Source: Patescibacteria group bacterium
GTDB lineage: Bacteria > Patescibacteriota > Saccharimonadia > Saccharimonadales > Saccharimonadaceae
DNA length: 64,000 nt
Assembly: GCA_040384745.1 (NCBI GenBank)
Contig: JAZKIT010000002.1
Location: forward strand, 87,425-151,424
Reading direction: 5' to 3'
The notes beneath the pieces were generated by a model. That model made no database searches and had not been told where the DNA came from. It was given only the letters and a program-made list of their open reading frames with translations. The position numbers and the translations under genes were made by a program. Of the stretch, positions 43,083 through 51,418 are shown one piece after another; the first letter of the stretch is position 1, and each line of letters begins with the position of its first letter.

Positions 43083-43289
43083 ATGACGGAACGGCAGGGA
43101 GATTATGACTATCGAACGACTGACCGTCACTTAAGCCTCGTGCAGCCCGAAGAGAGCGAAGTCGAGTACGACGAAAGCTTCGTCGGACCAAGCGGATTTG
43201 ACGTTCGAATCATTTTCCAAGGCAAAGATGTCGTGAAGAACAGAAAAAGGCTACTGGGCGAAATCGCACGTAGAGCAACCGAAGACTAA
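43083..43289 (+). CDS. Small acidic ORF c (68 aa)
   Basis: AAGGAG lies 6 nt upstream. MTERQGDYDYRTTDRHLSLVQPEESEVEYDESFVGPSGFDVRIIFQGKDVVKNRKRLLGEIARRATED. Confidence 0.5.
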   Translation: MTERQGDYDYRTTDRHLSLVQPEESEVEYDESFVGPSGFDVRIIFQGKDVVKNRKRLLGEIARRATED

Positions 43290-43309
43290 TAAGGTATAAG
43301 GAGGAAACA

Positions 43310-44368
43310 ATGGCAGGAATATTAGGCACCGGTATTCAGGATGGTTTGCTCCTGAAGCCAGTTCATTACCAATGGGCAATGGACCTGTACGATCAGGCCG
43401 TTGCGAACACATGGTTCCCGAATGAGATTCAACTTGGTCAGGACCTGAGCGACTGGAAGAAGATGAGCGATGAGGAAAAACACGCACTGACGTACCTTAT
43501 GAGCTACTTCAACCCAAACGAATTGCTCGTTAACAAGGCACTGGCGTTCGGTGTATACCCATACGTCAACGCGGCGGAATGTCACTTGTACCTGGCAAAG
43601 CAGATGTGGGAAGAAGCCAACCACTGTATGAGCTTTGAATATGTGCTTGAAACATTCCCGATTGACCGCGAAACCGCATACAACGCTCACAACGATGTAC
43701 CGAGCATGGTTGCGAAAGAAGAATTTACCACGAAGTACATCACTCGTATGACCGAGCAAACGCTCGACATTACGACGACCGAAGGTAAAAAAGACTTCGT
43801 TAAAAACCTAATAGCATACAACATCATCCTCGAAGGCGTCTGGTTCTACAGCGGCTTCATGGTGGCACTGTCGTTTCGTCAGCGAAATCTTATGCGTAAC
43901 TTTGGTTCGCTTATGGACTGGGTGATCCGTGACGAGTCGCTGCACCTTAAGTTTGGTATCAACTTGATTCTGACGACACTCGAAGAAAACGAAGATCTTC
44001 AGACCGAAGAGTTTGCCGCCGAAATCAAGCAAATGATTCTCGACGCCGTTGAGATGGAAGAGCAGTACAATAATGACTTACTGCCAAAGGGCATCTTGGG
44101 GCTGAACGCCGAATACGTTAATCAGTATGTTAAGTACCTGACCGACCGACGACTTGAAGAGCTTGGGTTCGAAGCACATTACAAGGTGTCTAACCCAGCT
44201 AAGTGGATGGCGGCAGCCAACGACACCCTCCAGCTCGTCAACTTCTTCGAGTCGACCAACACTAGTTACGAAGTGAACTCTGGCGGCAGTAGCTCAAGCA
44301 AGGCAGGGCAGAGCCCGGCTGCCGATCGTGGTGAAAATGACCCCGACAGTAGCATTCTGAACAAGTAA
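43310..44368 (+). CDS. nrdB: Ribonucleoside-diphosphate reductase beta subunit
   Basis: AAGGAGG SD. It carries ferritin-like di-iron motifs (EEANHCMSF, ILEGVWFYSGF, RDESLH). Confidence 0.93.
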   Translation: MAGILGTGIQDGLLLKPVHYQWAMDLYDQAVANTWFPNEIQLGQDLSDWKKMSDEEKHALTYLMSYFNPNELLVNKALAFGVYPYVNAAECHLYLAKQMWEEANHCMSFEYVLETFPIDRETAYNAHNDVPSMVAKEEFTTKYITRMTEQTLDITTTEGKKDFVKNLIAYNIILEGVWFYSGFMVALSFRQRNLMRNFGSLMDWVIRDESLHLKFGINLILTTLEENEDLQTEEFAAEIKQMILDAVEMEEQYNNDLLPKGILGLNAEYVNQYVKYLTDRRLEELGFEAHYKVSNPAKWMAAANDTLQLVNFFESTNTSYEVNSGGSSSSKAGQSPAADRGENDPDSSILNK

Positions 44369-44448
44369 CTTTCACAATTCGGCGAAAAGGGGTGCGGAAC
44401 AGCATTTGTCGGCCGCGCCTTTTTTCACCCCAAAATTAAGGAAAAATC

Positions 44449-44541
44449 ATGGATATAAAGACAACGATTCAGACATCATCGCTCATCATTGCACTGGCAG
44501 TTATTTATTCGTTGATCTTTACGATTGAAGCGGGGCGTTAA
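44449..44541 (+). CDS. Possible 30-aa hydrophobic peptide
   Basis: AAGGAAAAATC-ATG. MDIKTTIQTSSLIIALAVIYSLIFTIEAGR. Support is weak: the ORF plus an SD-like element only. Confidence 0.25.
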   Translation: MDIKTTIQTSSLIIALAVIYSLIFTIEAGR

Positions 44542-44544
44542 GTC

Positions 44545-45132
44545 GTGAAGACCGAGATTGAAGTCAAATTCTTGAATGTCGACATAGACGATATTTGTCA
44601 GCGACTTACCAAGCTTGGTGCGCAGCTTGAACAGCCGATGCGCCTTATGAAGCGGGCGCTCATCGAGACCGATGAGATGAAGCAGCGAAATGGTTATCTT
44701 CGTATTCGGGATGAGGGTGATAAAGTAACGGCTACCTATAAACAGTTTACCGAAAATTCACTGACTGGCGCGAGTGAACGCGAAATCGTCGTGAGTGACT
44801 TTGAAGAAACTATCGCCATTTTCGAAGAGTTTGGCTTACATTACTACACTTTTCAGGAATCGAAGCGAGAGACATGGAAGCTTGGTGACGCCGAAGTCGT
44901 CATCGACGAATGGCCATGGATTCCTCCGTACATCGAAATCGAAGGTGATAGCGAGCTTATAGTGACCGATGCCGCAAAACTTCTTGGCTTTGATTGGGCT
45001 GACGGAGTTTTTGGTTCAGTTGACGTAATTTATAACAAAGAATTTCCTAGTATGACAGTCAGGGGAGTGATTGACATCGCGGAAGTACGCTTTGGCGCGC
45101 CGGTGCCTGAGCAATTTGGAGCGCGTGCGTAA
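44545..45132 (+). CDS. CYTH-domain protein (class IV adenylate cyclase / triphosphatase family)
   Basis: The N-terminal EIEVKF signature fits a triphosphate-tunnel pattern. GTG start. Confidence 0.7.
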   Translation: MKTEIEVKFLNVDIDDICQRLTKLGAQLEQPMRLMKRALIETDEMKQRNGYLRIRDEGDKVTATYKQFTENSLTGASEREIVVSDFEETIAIFEEFGLHYYTFQESKRETWKLGDAEVVIDEWPWIPPYIEIEGDSELIVTDAAKLLGFDWADGVFGSVDVIYNKEFPSMTVRGVIDIAEVRFGAPVPEQFGARA

Positions 45133-45932
45133 TGGACGCGTTTTGGTTCGCGCTGTCACTCACGTTCCTCGCGGGATTCGCCACATTGATTGGGGCCGTA
45201 CTGGCCACACTCAAGCAGTTTACGTCGCGCGCGGCAATGGCGGTTTCTCTCGGCTTCTCAGCCGGTGCAATCCTATACGTTTCGCTCACCGATATATTGA
45301 ATAAAAGCGTTGATTCGTTTGCCGAGCTTTATAGTGACCCGGGCGTTAGTTATGGCATGATGACCTTGGCGTTCTTTGTAGGCATCGGCCTCATGGTGCT
45401 GGTTGATCGTTTCATACCATCCGAAATCAACCCAGACGACCAAGAGGGGACGCAAGATTCTGACACCGCATTGAGGCGTAAGCTTATGCGGGGTGGGCTA
45501 TTTATCGGCTTGGCGCTGTGCCTGCACAACTTCCCAGAAGGGTTCTTGGTGTTCATGACCGCCTACGATGATCCGAGTGTCGGTATTGCCATCGCTGTCG
45601 CGCTCGCAATCCACAACATCCCCGAAGGCATCGCTATCGCTGGGCCGCTGTATGCGGCAACAAAGCAGAAATTCAGGTCTATCGCCATCGCCACCGCTAC
45701 TGGTATTGCCGAGCCAGTCGGCGCGGTGCTCGGCTTTTTGCTGCTAAGGGAATTCTTAAATGATACGTTGTTCGGCTGGGTCTTTGGCGTGGTGGCCGGC
45801 ATGATGGTGTTCATCTGCGTCAACGAAATTTTGCCTGCTGCACACCGTTTTGAAACAAAGCAACGACAGACCACTTATGGCTTTATTGCTGGCATGGCGG
45901 TGTTGGCAGGTAGTATTACGTTGCTGCAATAA
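45132..45932 (+). CDS. zupT: ZIP-family zinc transporter ZupT
   Basis: LHNFPEGFLVF and IHNIPEGIAIAGPLY motifs. About 8 TM segments. Confidence 0.85.
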   Translation: MDAFWFALSLTFLAGFATLIGAVLATLKQFTSRAAMAVSLGFSAGAILYVSLTDILNKSVDSFAELYSDPGVSYGMMTLAFFVGIGLMVLVDRFIPSEINPDDQEGTQDSDTALRRKLMRGGLFIGLALCLHNFPEGFLVFMTAYDDPSVGIAIAVALAIHNIPEGIAIAGPLYAATKQKFRSIAIATATGIAEPVGAVLGFLLLREFLNDTLFGWVFGVVAGMMVFICVNEILPAAHRFETKQRQTTYGFIAGMAVLAGSITLLQ

Positions 45933-45946
45933 GGGCAGTACAGAGG

Positions 45947-45955
45947 TGCTACAAT
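45947..45955 (+). promoter_or_regulatory. Extended -10 TGCTACAAT 7 nt upstream of the RM-like gene ATG
   Basis: No SD lies between the box and ATG 45963. Confidence 0.5.
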
Positions 45956-45962
45956 AAGCCAT

Positions 45963-48900
45963 ATGACCGAAGCTAATCTTCAGACTATAATCGCCAAATA
46001 TCTAGAAGAAATAACGGAACAGTTTTACAGTGGCCATGCCATAGAGCATGCATACCGTCCCGCGCTGCAGACATTGATGTCTAGCTTTGAAGACACGGTA
46101 GCGGTCAACGATCCGAAACATTCCGAACATGGTGCACCGGATTTTGTATTTTTAAAAAAATCGAACACCAAAATTATCAAAGGCTATGCCGAAGCCAAAG
46201 ACATCACGGTTAGTCTCGATAAGACTGAGAAGACCAATCAGATGCAGCGCTACGGTGGTTACGCCAATCTGTTCCTGACAGATTATTTGGAATTCCGTTT
46301 TTTCAAAAACGGTGAAAAATATCAGACGATTAGTCTAGGACATGTTAAGGACGGCAAGCTATATAAGACGCCAGAGAACGGTGAGATGTTGGCACGTGAG
46401 CTGGCTGCATTTTTGGAATTACCACCAGAAAAAATCAAAAGTGGGCGACGCTTGGCGGAAATCATGGGCGGCAAGGCGCGCCGTATTCGCGACAATGTTG
46501 TACAGTACTTGGCCGAAGATGACGATAAGTCGACTGAGTTATTAAAGATCTACGAGATGATGAAAAAACTTCTCGTGCACGACCTTACCGAGGAAAAGTT
46601 TGCCGACATGTACGCTCAGACGTTGGTTTATGGTTTGTTCGTTGCGCGTTACGGCGATAGCACACAGGAGTCGTTCGATCGCAGCGAGGCACGCGACCTA
46701 GTACCAAAAAGCAATCCATTCTTGCGACATTTCTTCGACCACATCGTCGGACCGAACTTCGATGTTCGACTCGGCTACATCGTAGATGAACTATGCGAAG
46801 TTTTTAGCGTGTCGAACGTGCAAGAGATAGTCCATAAACATCTACGCATCCAGGACGAAACCAGTGACTCTAAGGACCCGATCATACATTTTTATGAGGA
46901 TTTCTTACACGAATACGACCCTGCTGAACGCAAACGCATGGGCGCGTACTATACTCCGATTCCGGTGGTAAAGTTCATCGTCCGCCATGTCGACAAGATA
47001 TTGAAAGAAGAATTCGGCATTACTAAAGGTTTGGCGAGTGACCAAACCATCGATCACTGGGTCGAGACCGGCCAGGACATGCGTGCCGACAAGCGTACCA
47101 AGCTTAAGACTGGCTATAACGTCAAACTGCCTCGTGTTCAAGTGCTCGACCCGGCCGTCGGCACCGCTACGTTCCTCAACGAAACCATAAAGTTCATTTA
47201 CGAGGGCTTCAAGGGCCAAGAGGGTAGGTGGCCTGGCTATGTTAACGACAACCTAGTGAAACGTCTGCACGGCTTCGAGCTGATGATGGCGCCGTATACT
47301 ATCGCGCATCTCAAGCTCGGTATGACGCTGAAAGAAACTGGTGTCGAAAACTTGAAAGACCGCCTCGGCGTCTACCTCACGAACACGTTAGAAGAAGGCG
47401 TTCCAATGCAGCCTGATTTGTTCAGCTTTGGCTTAGCCGAAGCCGTCAGTGACGAGTCGCGCCATGCCGCCGAGATAAAGAGCGAGCGACCAGTCATGGT
47501 AGTGATGGGCAATCCGCCGTATTCCGTCAGTAGCAATAACAAGAGTAAATACATAGAAAATCTGGTCGCCGACTATAAGAAGGATTTGAACGAGCGCAAT
47601 ATTCAGCCGCTCAGTGATGATTACATCAAATTCATCCGCTTTGCCGAGGAAATGGTTGCCAAAAACGGCAGCGGAATTGTGGCTATGATTACGAATAATT
47701 CCTATATCGACGGTCTGATTCACCGCCAAATGCGTAAGCATTTGCTACAGACGTTCGACAAGATTTACGTACTAGACTTGCACGGTAACAGCAAGAAAAA
47801 GGAAGTTGCTTCAGATGGCGGTAGGGATGAAAACGTGTTTGATATTCAACAGGGAGTCGGAATTATCTTCGCTGTTAAAACAGGCAAAAAACAACCAGAT
47901 ACACTTGCTGACTTATTCCATGACACAGTAAAAGGAACACGAAAATATAAATTTGAGTATCTTGATAGCCACGGAAATGGAAGTGAGTTTGCTTTTGTCC
48001 AGAAGCCTATTGCGCCTAGATACGCATTCGGATGGGAGAATACGTTAGATGCGAGCGAGTATTCGAAGTACGTAAGTGTAAGGGAGTTAATGCCCGCTGG
48101 CGATGTCGGAGTGGCATCGTATCGAGATAGTTTCGCAACAGATATAGAAAAAGACCTTCTCGCACAACGCATGCGCGATTATTACACCGCTCCAACGCAA
48201 GACCTTGTTAGTAAGTATGGACTAAAAGAATCAAAAAGTTTTTCTATCCAAGAACGTCGTCAAGACGCTCACTTTGATGAAACTAAAATTAAAAAAATTC
48301 AGTATAGACCTTTCGATTCAAGATGGATTTATTACTCAAGCGATGTCGCAGATCGGCTAAGACCGAAAACTTCAAAACACATGTTGAAAGAGAATTTGGC
48401 CCTAAGTGTTCTTAGGAATTCTAGAGATGCTGAAGTCAATGACAAAGTTTTTGTTGTAGACATATTGGCCGATAAAAGCGTTACTTCTTCTCTGGACAAT
48501 GCGGTAGTCTTTCCGCTTTACTTACATAACGAAGACGGCACTCGCACCCAAAACTTCAACCCAGCCGAACTTTCCGCACTCAAGCGCAATCTTACGGCCG
48601 GTTCGTCGCCAGAGGACATTCTGGACTACATCTATGCGGTTCTCCACTCGCCGGCCTACCGTGCCAAATACAAAGAACTCCTAAAGATCGATTTCCCACG
48701 TGTGCCAGCACCAGCCAGCGACACCGAATTCACCCGTCTTGTCGTCCTTGGCCGACAACTCCGCGAACTTCACCTCATGAAATCACCATTTATCGCCAAC
48801 TACGACACCACATACCCCGAAGCCGGTAGTGATGAAGTCGAAAAGATCAGTTTCGCTACAGACATTACGGGTGGTGGTCAGTACGCTACAGGTAGTGTAT

Positions 48901-49106
48901 ACATCAACGAAACACAGTATTTTGGTAATGTACCTGAGGTCGCGTGGAACTTTTATATCGGCGGTTACCAACCCGTTCAAAAATGGCTCAAAGACCGTAA
49001 AGGTCGAAAACTTTCTAGCAATGACCTCGATCATTACCAAAAAATCATCAAGATTTTGATAGAAACCGACCGGATTATGAAAGACATTGATAATGTGGCC
49101 GCCTGA
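45963..49106 (+). CDS. Single-chain restriction-modification-type enzyme: PD-(D/E)xK-like nuclease + N6-adenine methyltransferase + type-ISP-like C-terminal domain, no helicase
   Basis: The N-terminus GAPDFVFLK...GYAEAKD is nuclease-like. GAYYTPIPVV, VLDPAVGTATFL (SAM motif I) and VMGNPPYSVSS (motif IV) mark the methyltransferase. The C-terminus YIYAVLHSPAYRAKYKELLKIDFPRVP is the pattern I associate with type ISP / type IIG enzymes. Confidence 0.75.
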   Translation: MTEANLQTIIAKYLEEITEQFYSGHAIEHAYRPALQTLMSSFEDTVAVNDPKHSEHGAPDFVFLKKSNTKIIKGYAEAKDITVSLDKTEKTNQMQRYGGYANLFLTDYLEFRFFKNGEKYQTISLGHVKDGKLYKTPENGEMLARELAAFLELPPEKIKSGRRLAEIMGGKARRIRDNVVQYLAEDDDKSTELLKIYEMMKKLLVHDLTEEKFADMYAQTLVYGLFVARYGDSTQESFDRSEARDLVPKSNPFLRHFFDHIVGPNFDVRLGYIVDELCEVFSVSNVQEIVHKHLRIQDETSDSKDPIIHFYEDFLHEYDPAERKRMGAYYTPIPVVKFIVRHVDKILKEEFGITKGLASDQTIDHWVETGQDMRADKRTKLKTGYNVKLPRVQVLDPAVGTATFLNETIKFIYEGFKGQEGRWPGYVNDNLVKRLHGFELMMAPYTIAHLKLGMTLKETGVENLKDRLGVYLTNTLEEGVPMQPDLFSFGLAEAVSDESRHAAEIKSERPVMVVMGNPPYSVSSNNKSKYIENLVADYKKDLNERNIQPLSDDYIKFIRFAEEMVAKNGSGIVAMITNNSYIDGLIHRQMRKHLLQTFDKIYVLDLHGNSKKKEVASDGGRDENVFDIQQGVGIIFAVKTGKKQPDTLADLFHDTVKGTRKYKFEYLDSHGNGSEFAFVQKPIAPRYAFGWENTLDASEYSKYVSVRELMPAGDVGVASYRDSFATDIEKDLLAQRMRDYYTAPTQDLVSKYGLKESKSFSIQERRQDAHFDETKIKKIQYRPFDSRWIYYSSDVADRLRPKTSKHMLKENLALSVLRNSRDAEVNDKVFVVDILADKSVTSSLDNAVVFPLYLHNEDGTRTQNFNPAELSALKRNLTAGSSPEDILDYIYAVLHSPAYRAKYKELLKIDFPRVPAPASDTEFTRLVVLGRQLRELHLMKSPFIANYDTTYPEAGSDEVEKISFATDITGGGQYATGSVYINETQYFGNVPEVAWNFYIGGYQPVQKWLKDRKGRKLSSNDLDHYQKIIKILIETDRIMKDIDNVAA

Positions 49107-49581
49107 ATGGCCTGGCGATTGGCTTGACTGGCTGACGCTCGTAGGAGCAATATTGGGTATTTTATCGGCTATAAAATTATTCGCATCAAATCTTTGGTTA
49201 AATAGGTTCCAACGAGTTGCGCTAGTCGCGGCAGAACAGGCGTGTACAAAAGACATTCACATAATAAAGCCGATGGGGGGTAGTGTAGTTTTCCATTTAG
49301 CGACTAAAGACAACGAATGGAAAATTTCTAACGATTTTTATAATCATATCAATAAAGTGTGCGGCGATACCGTCGGTCAATCAAGGGCGAACCTCATTTA
49401 CCTCGACGAACTTGTGAGAAAGGGTTCATTTGTCCATATCATTGAGCAATCGAGCATAGAGGGCATGAAGGATGAGAGTTATGCAATAACCGCGAAAGGT
49501 TTACGGTATGCCAAAATATTAAAGTTGTTCGTACATCCACCGGATAATACAGACAAATTAGGTCAACAAGACCAGAGCTAG
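49093..49581 (+). CDS. Hypothetical membrane-anchored protein with possible winged-helix C-terminus
   Basis: It overlaps the last 14 nt of the RM-like gene. TM helix WLTLVGAILGILSAIKLF. LIYLDELVRKGSFVHII...YAITAKGLRYAK is wHTH-like. The gene is AT-rich. Confidence 0.5.
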   Translation: MWPPEWPGDWLDWLTLVGAILGILSAIKLFASNLWLNRFQRVALVAAEQACTKDIHIIKPMGGSVVFHLATKDNEWKISNDFYNHINKVCGDTVGQSRANLIYLDELVRKGSFVHIIEQSSIEGMKDESYAITAKGLRYAKILKLFVHPPDNTDKLGQQDQS

Positions 49582-49686
49582 TCGTAGCAAGTAAAACGCC
49601 CGCGCATATTTCAATGCAGGAGTGCATGTTTCGTATTGAATATATTTTTAGTAAACTATGTGTAGTTAACAACAGGAGGAACGACG

Positions 49687-49887
49687 ATGCATAACGTAAA
49701 AAATGTCAAAGTAGACGGTGGTGCAGGGCAGCTAGGGTTCATCTTCTTTATGGCGTACGTGGGTGCGGCGGTGTACTTTATTGATAAATCATCAGGCGCA
49801 TTCCTCGATGTAATTTGGGCGCTGATTCAAGCCATCGCCTGGCCAGCTTTCCTAGTGTTCCACGCTATGCAGGGCCTCGGAGTTTAA
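49687..49887 (+). CDS. Small two-TM membrane protein
   Basis: AGGAGG SD. LGFIFFMAYVGAAVYFI and WALIQAIAWPAFLVF. Confidence 0.5.
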   Translation: MHNVKNVKVDGGAGQLGFIFFMAYVGAAVYFIDKSSGAFLDVIWALIQAIAWPAFLVFHAMQGLGV

Positions 49888-49889
49888 GG

Positions 49890-50315
49890 CTAGACCCGGA
49901 CGCCTTCGCGGGCTTTGTTGGCCCAGACATCGGCCAGTTCGTTGCCTTCGTCACCGTTGTGACCGCGCACCCAGACTAGCGTGGCATTAGAAGAACGAAA
50001 CAGCGGGCAGACTTCCTGCACGATATCGAGGTTCTTAATTTCGCCGCCTTTTTTCTTCCAGCCATTGGCTTCCCAGGTAAGGGACCATTTGGTTATGACG
50101 TTAATCCAAAACTCACTGTCGGTATAAATGCTGCATTCTTTACCATTGGCATGCTTGAGCGCTGCCATGACGGCAAAACCTTCCATACGAATGTTAGTAG
50201 TGTGTTCGCCGCTTGGTTCTGAGCCCAGTGCGACTGGTTGTTTGTTGTGTATGACGGCGTAGCCTCCAGGACCCGGGTTGGGACTGGCGCTACCATCGGT
50301 GTAGTACGTAAGCAT
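49890..50315 (-). CDS. rnhA: Ribonuclease HI
   Basis: YTDGSASPNPGPGGYAVI, E in MEGFAVMAAL, IYTDSEF, and VWVRGHNGDEGNELAD. Confidence 0.9.
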   Translation of the reverse strand: MLTYYTDGSASPNPGPGGYAVIHNKQPVALGSEPSGEHTTNIRMEGFAVMAALKHANGKECSIYTDSEFWINVITKWSLTWEANGWKKKGGEIKNLDIVQEVCPLFRSSNATLVWVRGHNGDEGNELADVWANKAREGVRV

Positions 50316-50353
50316 TATTCAAGTATACATAACTAAGGTGCTACACTGTTGAT

Positions 50354-51298
50354 ATGTCTGGCAAGAATAGACGCTTTGTTACGTTCGGAGCACTGGTCGC
50401 CCCGCTCGTCATCGTTGTTCTTGCGACAATCTTAAGCCTTGAGGTAGGCGATCGGTTCCGGACGGAACTGGCTTCACGATTCGAGGCAGATGCCGAAACT
50501 TCGTTGCGCTCTGCTACGGATGGCCTCGACGGATACAGCGACCTGCTATACGCGGGGAGGGCTATGTCGCTCAGTAGCGAAAAAGTAACCACGAGCGAGT
50601 GGCGGACGTTTTATAACCAACAGTCGCTGTTTGACCGCTACCCGGGCGTTAGCTCTATTGCCTACGTCGAAAGCGTACCAACCGCCGAATTAACTGCATT
50701 TGAGCAACAAATGAAGTCGCCTGACTACTTTGGCCCGTCGTTTCGGCTCGATGAAATGTCGCAGCGACCACAGCATAGTCTTGTCAGCTCGTATATCAGT
50801 CAAAACGACCTAACGGCAATCGTTGGTATGGATCTCACTCGGCTGGACGACCGCAATGCGGTCTACGAGTCGGCAGCTGCCAAGGGCGCAGTAGTGGCGA
50901 GTCCACCTTTTAAACTAGCCACTGGATACGAAGGGTTTTTTAGCGTGCTGGCGGTGTACCGCAACGACACCTTAGACGGCTTTGTGTTGAGCTCGTTTCG
51001 GTTTGATACCCTGATGAAGCGCTTATTCAGCGATGAATCGTTCGGGTACCGGGTGACCGATGTAACGACAACTAAGCCGACACAGTTGTATGCATCGAGC
51101 GGCTTCGATACTACTGGGTATCTTCTCGAACGGAAGTTCGATGTTGGCGGGCGAGCATGGAAGGTTGAAATAACCAGAGATATTGATACCCGAGCAGTAG
51201 GCTTCTTGCTGCCTGCTGCGATTATGACGACCGCCTTGATACTGGCGGCCACGATGTACCTGTATTCAATTAGAGCCTCAGGTCGCCGAGCACCATAA
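50354..51298 (+). CDS. Stand-alone CHASE-type extracytoplasmic sensor domain protein, with no output domain
   Basis: It has an N-terminal TM, a CHASE1-like core (EWRTFYNQQSLFDRYPGVSSIAYVESVP...GMDL...ESAAAKGAVVASPPFKL), a C-terminal TM, and then only about 10 residues. Confidence 0.6.
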   Translation: MSGKNRRFVTFGALVAPLVIVVLATILSLEVGDRFRTELASRFEADAETSLRSATDGLDGYSDLLYAGRAMSLSSEKVTTSEWRTFYNQQSLFDRYPGVSSIAYVESVPTAELTAFEQQMKSPDYFGPSFRLDEMSQRPQHSLVSSYISQNDLTAIVGMDLTRLDDRNAVYESAAAKGAVVASPPFKLATGYEGFFSVLAVYRNDTLDGFVLSSFRFDTLMKRLFSDESFGYRVTDVTTTKPTQLYASSGFDTTGYLLERKFDVGGRAWKVEITRDIDTRAVGFLLPAAIMTTALILAATMYLYSIRASGRRAP

Positions 51299-51418
51299 AT
51301 TGAGCATGTGCTGGAAGCCAGTGTACGAATGACAACGGTAACCATAAGTGGTGTACGATTAAATCACAACACCCTACCCATAGTGTTTTGTAAAATAATA
51401 TTGCTATAATGAAATTCC

